Assembly (NCBI RefSeq): GCF_018977255.1
Contig: NW_024704743.1
Coordinates: 60,948,001-61,012,000, forward strand
Length of the DNA: 64,000 nt
From: Callorhinchus milii
Taxonomy: Eukaryota
Direction of reading: 5' to 3'
Shown here: one piece after another, positions 61,100-64,000 of the stretch
Numbering within the stretch: position 1 is the first letter of the stretch
How the letters are laid out: every line of letters begins with the position of its first letter
Program-made: the position numbers and the translations under genes
The notes under the pieces: model-generated
What the model was told of the DNA's origin: nothing
The model's input: the letters and a program-made list of their open reading frames with translations, nothing else
The model's database searches: none

Positions 61100-62804
61100 C
61101 TGGGACAATGGAAAAGTGTGAAAATATTTGCCAAAAATTGCTGAATTCTGTGGGGAATTGTAGGGGGTGGCAAATTTTGTGGAAAATTGTGGGGGGTTGA
61201 GTGGTGCTATTGAGGTACATTTTACTGCCAATCTACATGTTTTTCACTTTACTGATAACAACTAAACACGAGGAAATAACACATATTAGATTGCTGCAAA
61301 AAAAATATATTATTTTTTGGCCCACATGGGGAGGGGGCAAACACTAGTGCAGGCCCAAAGGGCCTGGAGATCCATCAAGAAACAGACACCCAGGACCAGT
61401 GTCCTGACTGCGGGGCTACAGGAGCTCACCACCTCTCAGGGCTGGCATCACACACAGATACAGAGACCCAGAGAGAGACAGACAGACACACACTCACAGA
61501 CACACAGAGAGAGACACACATTCACACACAGGGAGAGATACACACTCATAGACACAGAGATACACACACACATTCACACAGAGACACAAGCAAGCGGACA
61601 CATATACAGAGGAAAGACACACAGAAACACTCACAAACACAGAGAGACACACACAGACACAGAGACACACACACACTCAGACACAGAGACACATACACTC
61701 ACAGACACAGAGAGTGACACACACACTCACACACAAACATAGAGAGAAATACATAGACGCTCAGGGACATGCAAACACAGACACTCACAAACACACACAT
61801 AGAGAGACACACTCACAAATACACGGAGAGAGACACACACACAGACACTCACAAACACAGACGCTCACAAACACACACATAGAGACACACTCACAAATAC
61901 ACAGAGAGAGACACACACACAGACACTCACAAACACAGACGCTCACAAACACACACAGAGACACACTCACAAGTACACAGAGAGAGACACACACACAGAC
62001 ACTCACAAACACAGACGCTCACAAACACACACATAGAGACACACTCACAAATACACAGAGAGAGACACACACACAGACACTCACAAACACAGACGCTCAC
62101 AAACACACACAGAGACACACTCACAAGTACACAGAGAGAGACACACACACAGACACTCACAAACACAGACGCTCACAAACACACACATAGAGAGACACAC
62201 TCACAAATACACAGAGAGAGACACACACACAGACACTCACAAACACAGACGCTCACAAACACACACATAGAGACACACTCACAAGTACACAGAGAGAGAC
62301 ACACACACAGACACTCACAAACACAGACGCTCACAAACACACACATAGAGAGACACACTCACAATAACAGAGAGAGACACACACACAGACACTCACAAAC
62401 ACAGACGCTCACAAACACACACATAGAAAGACACACTCACAAGTACACAGAGAGAGACACACACACAGACACTCACAAACACACACACTCACAAACACAT
62501 TGAGACACAGACACTCACAAACACACACACAGAGATACTCACAAACACAGACACACAGACACTCACAAACACACACACACATAGAGAGAGACACACAGGC
62601 AATCTCAACAGGGGGACCTCCGAGTTGAGGCTTGCACCTCACCGCACATGTGTGTCTGGAGCCACCCGGCCCACAATCGTGTCGGATAAACAGCTCACGG
62701 AGGCCCGAGGCCAGAAACATCATTTTGTCGCGGTTTTATAGCAGAGGATACTGTTTATAGCGGATTCCGCAGAAAAATTCGGCCACACTTTTTTATTGGC
62801 CCAG
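61100..62804. mobile_element. Non-autonomous DNA transposon, hAT-type (8-bp TSD)
   Basis: TSD attatgag at 61092-61099 and 62805-62812. Imperfect TIRs CTGGGACAATGGAAAAGTGTG and reverse complement CTGGGCCAATAAAAAAAGTGTG. No transposase ORF. Confidence 0.82.
61449..62597. repeat. (CA/GA)-rich simple repeat containing a 76-80 bp minisatellite (about 9 units, 61790-62480)
   Basis: Marker cagacgctcacaaac recurs near 61858, 61936, 62013, 62090, 62166, 62246, 62324 and 62402. Confidence 0.92.
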
Positions 62805-63413
62805 ATTATGAGTTAATTATGGCTGATAAATTTGGAATATTCCACTTTGTCTTCTCTCTAAACTAGTCACACTTTCAACTTTAAATCTTACAAATACAAA
62901 TTCACCTTGGGAAAAGTGAAATTCATCATTCCACAATAGTCTGTATAAATATAAACCTGTGCGAGAAGTATCAGCTTTGTTAATCATAAGGGTATATGCA
63001 ATACAAATAGGATAAGAGCAGGAACTTTCAGAAATATTATGTGAAAACCTAAGCAATGTTAAACATAGAACAAAAACATTAACCAACTTGAATAACTGGA
63101 TCAGGTAACTAATGTCAATGATTTGGTAGCAACAATGCCTACTCTACATGCTAAATAATACACACAAGACTCCTCTACGCAGTTACTAATTGAGAGGGTC
63201 ATATGATTTATTTGATACAGCATCCAGGGTTTTCTCCTTTAAGGTTAGAAATTGAATGATTTTGGAGTTGTCAGGGAAGTTCTATGTGGTGTTCATAATA
63301 GGGAATTAACCTCGTCTACGATATTACAAATGGAGAGAATAATGTTGCAGGTGAACATGAAAATTCTGAATGTAGTGTATGTTACACCAATTGCTTGCAT
63401 TGTTTAACACTTT

Positions 63414-63583
63414 AATAATAATCCTTGCATCTGATATAGCGCTTTTCTCGCCTTCTAGATGTCCCAAAGCGCTTCACAAAATATACTGTAAAGTGAATTG
63501 ACTGTATATTTGTGGGCGTACGCGGCAGCCAATTGCGCACAGCAATGTCCCACAAACAGTCGTAGACTGAAAATGACCAATTT
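63414..63583 (-). mobile_element. tRNA-derived SINE, 5'-truncated
   Basis: Tail and distal body only. Confidence 0.85.
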
Positions 63584-64000
63584 ATAGTTCACAGTTGTGT
63601 GTTAGTTTATGAAATTTACTCGACAATTGACATCTGCTTTTTCCTGTTGATTCTTACTCTGATACAGAACTCACTAAAGAAGCTCAGCCCGTGATATTAG
63701 GATCTGCAAGTTAAAATGGCGTGGGTACGGCAATCAATCACAAAGTGCTCTGTTGCCAATCACAGATTTCCTGTGAACCTCTTATAGCGAAACCAGATAT
63801 AATGATCCTTTTCCCATGTCCCCAGCGTGTTTGTTATACTGAGGTCAGCCTATATTTGAGTATTAAAGGATCACTAAAGGAGATGGAATGTGATTGTGGA
63901 AAGGAAGTTGTCAACTGATTTCTGAAATAATTCCCCCTCTGCTGGCCAGAACATCCTACGATATATAATTTAGGACAGGAGTGATTGTGCAGTGGGAGCT

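Noticed and set aside
61317..62723. His/Thr-rich and Cys/Val-rich ORFs; spaced repeats superficially like a CRISPR array
   Set aside because: Translations of a CA/GA tandem repeat. There are no unique spacers or cas genes, and the context is eukaryotic.

Overview
AT-rich, repeat-dense vertebrate genomic DNA. The repeat complement (a tRNA-Ala-headed SINE resembling the Callorhinchus SINE2-1_CM type, SacSINE1/DeuSINE-like elements, L2 and CR1 LINE 3' fragments, Penelope-type tails) points to a cartilaginous fish, probably a holocephalan; this is inference from recalled consensus sequences, not a search. The only protein-coding gene I can support is the 3' end of VPS50 (CCDC132/syndetin, EARP complex subunit) on the minus strand. 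Six exons with GT-AG boundaries and matching phases run from 59880 down to the TAG at 40490, and a likely AATAAA lies at 39901-39906. The left ~39 kb looks intergenic: I recognised no CALCR exons, although CALCR is the neighbour in mammals. Nearly all listed ORFs are repeat-derived or chance. I found no convincing new gene system. The most interesting signals concern mobile DNA: a complete non-autonomous hAT-type element with an 8-bp TSD carrying a dimeric minisatellite, a 5'-inverted (twin-priming-like) SINE, a near-perfect hairpin made of two opposed L2 tails, a SINE nested in a SINE, covarying SINE/LINE 3' stem-loops, degenerate Penelope hammerhead remnants, an unclassified repeat family, and a pair of orphan exon-like cassettes. 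Repeat boundaries were read by eye and are approximate unless a TSD or TIR is given.
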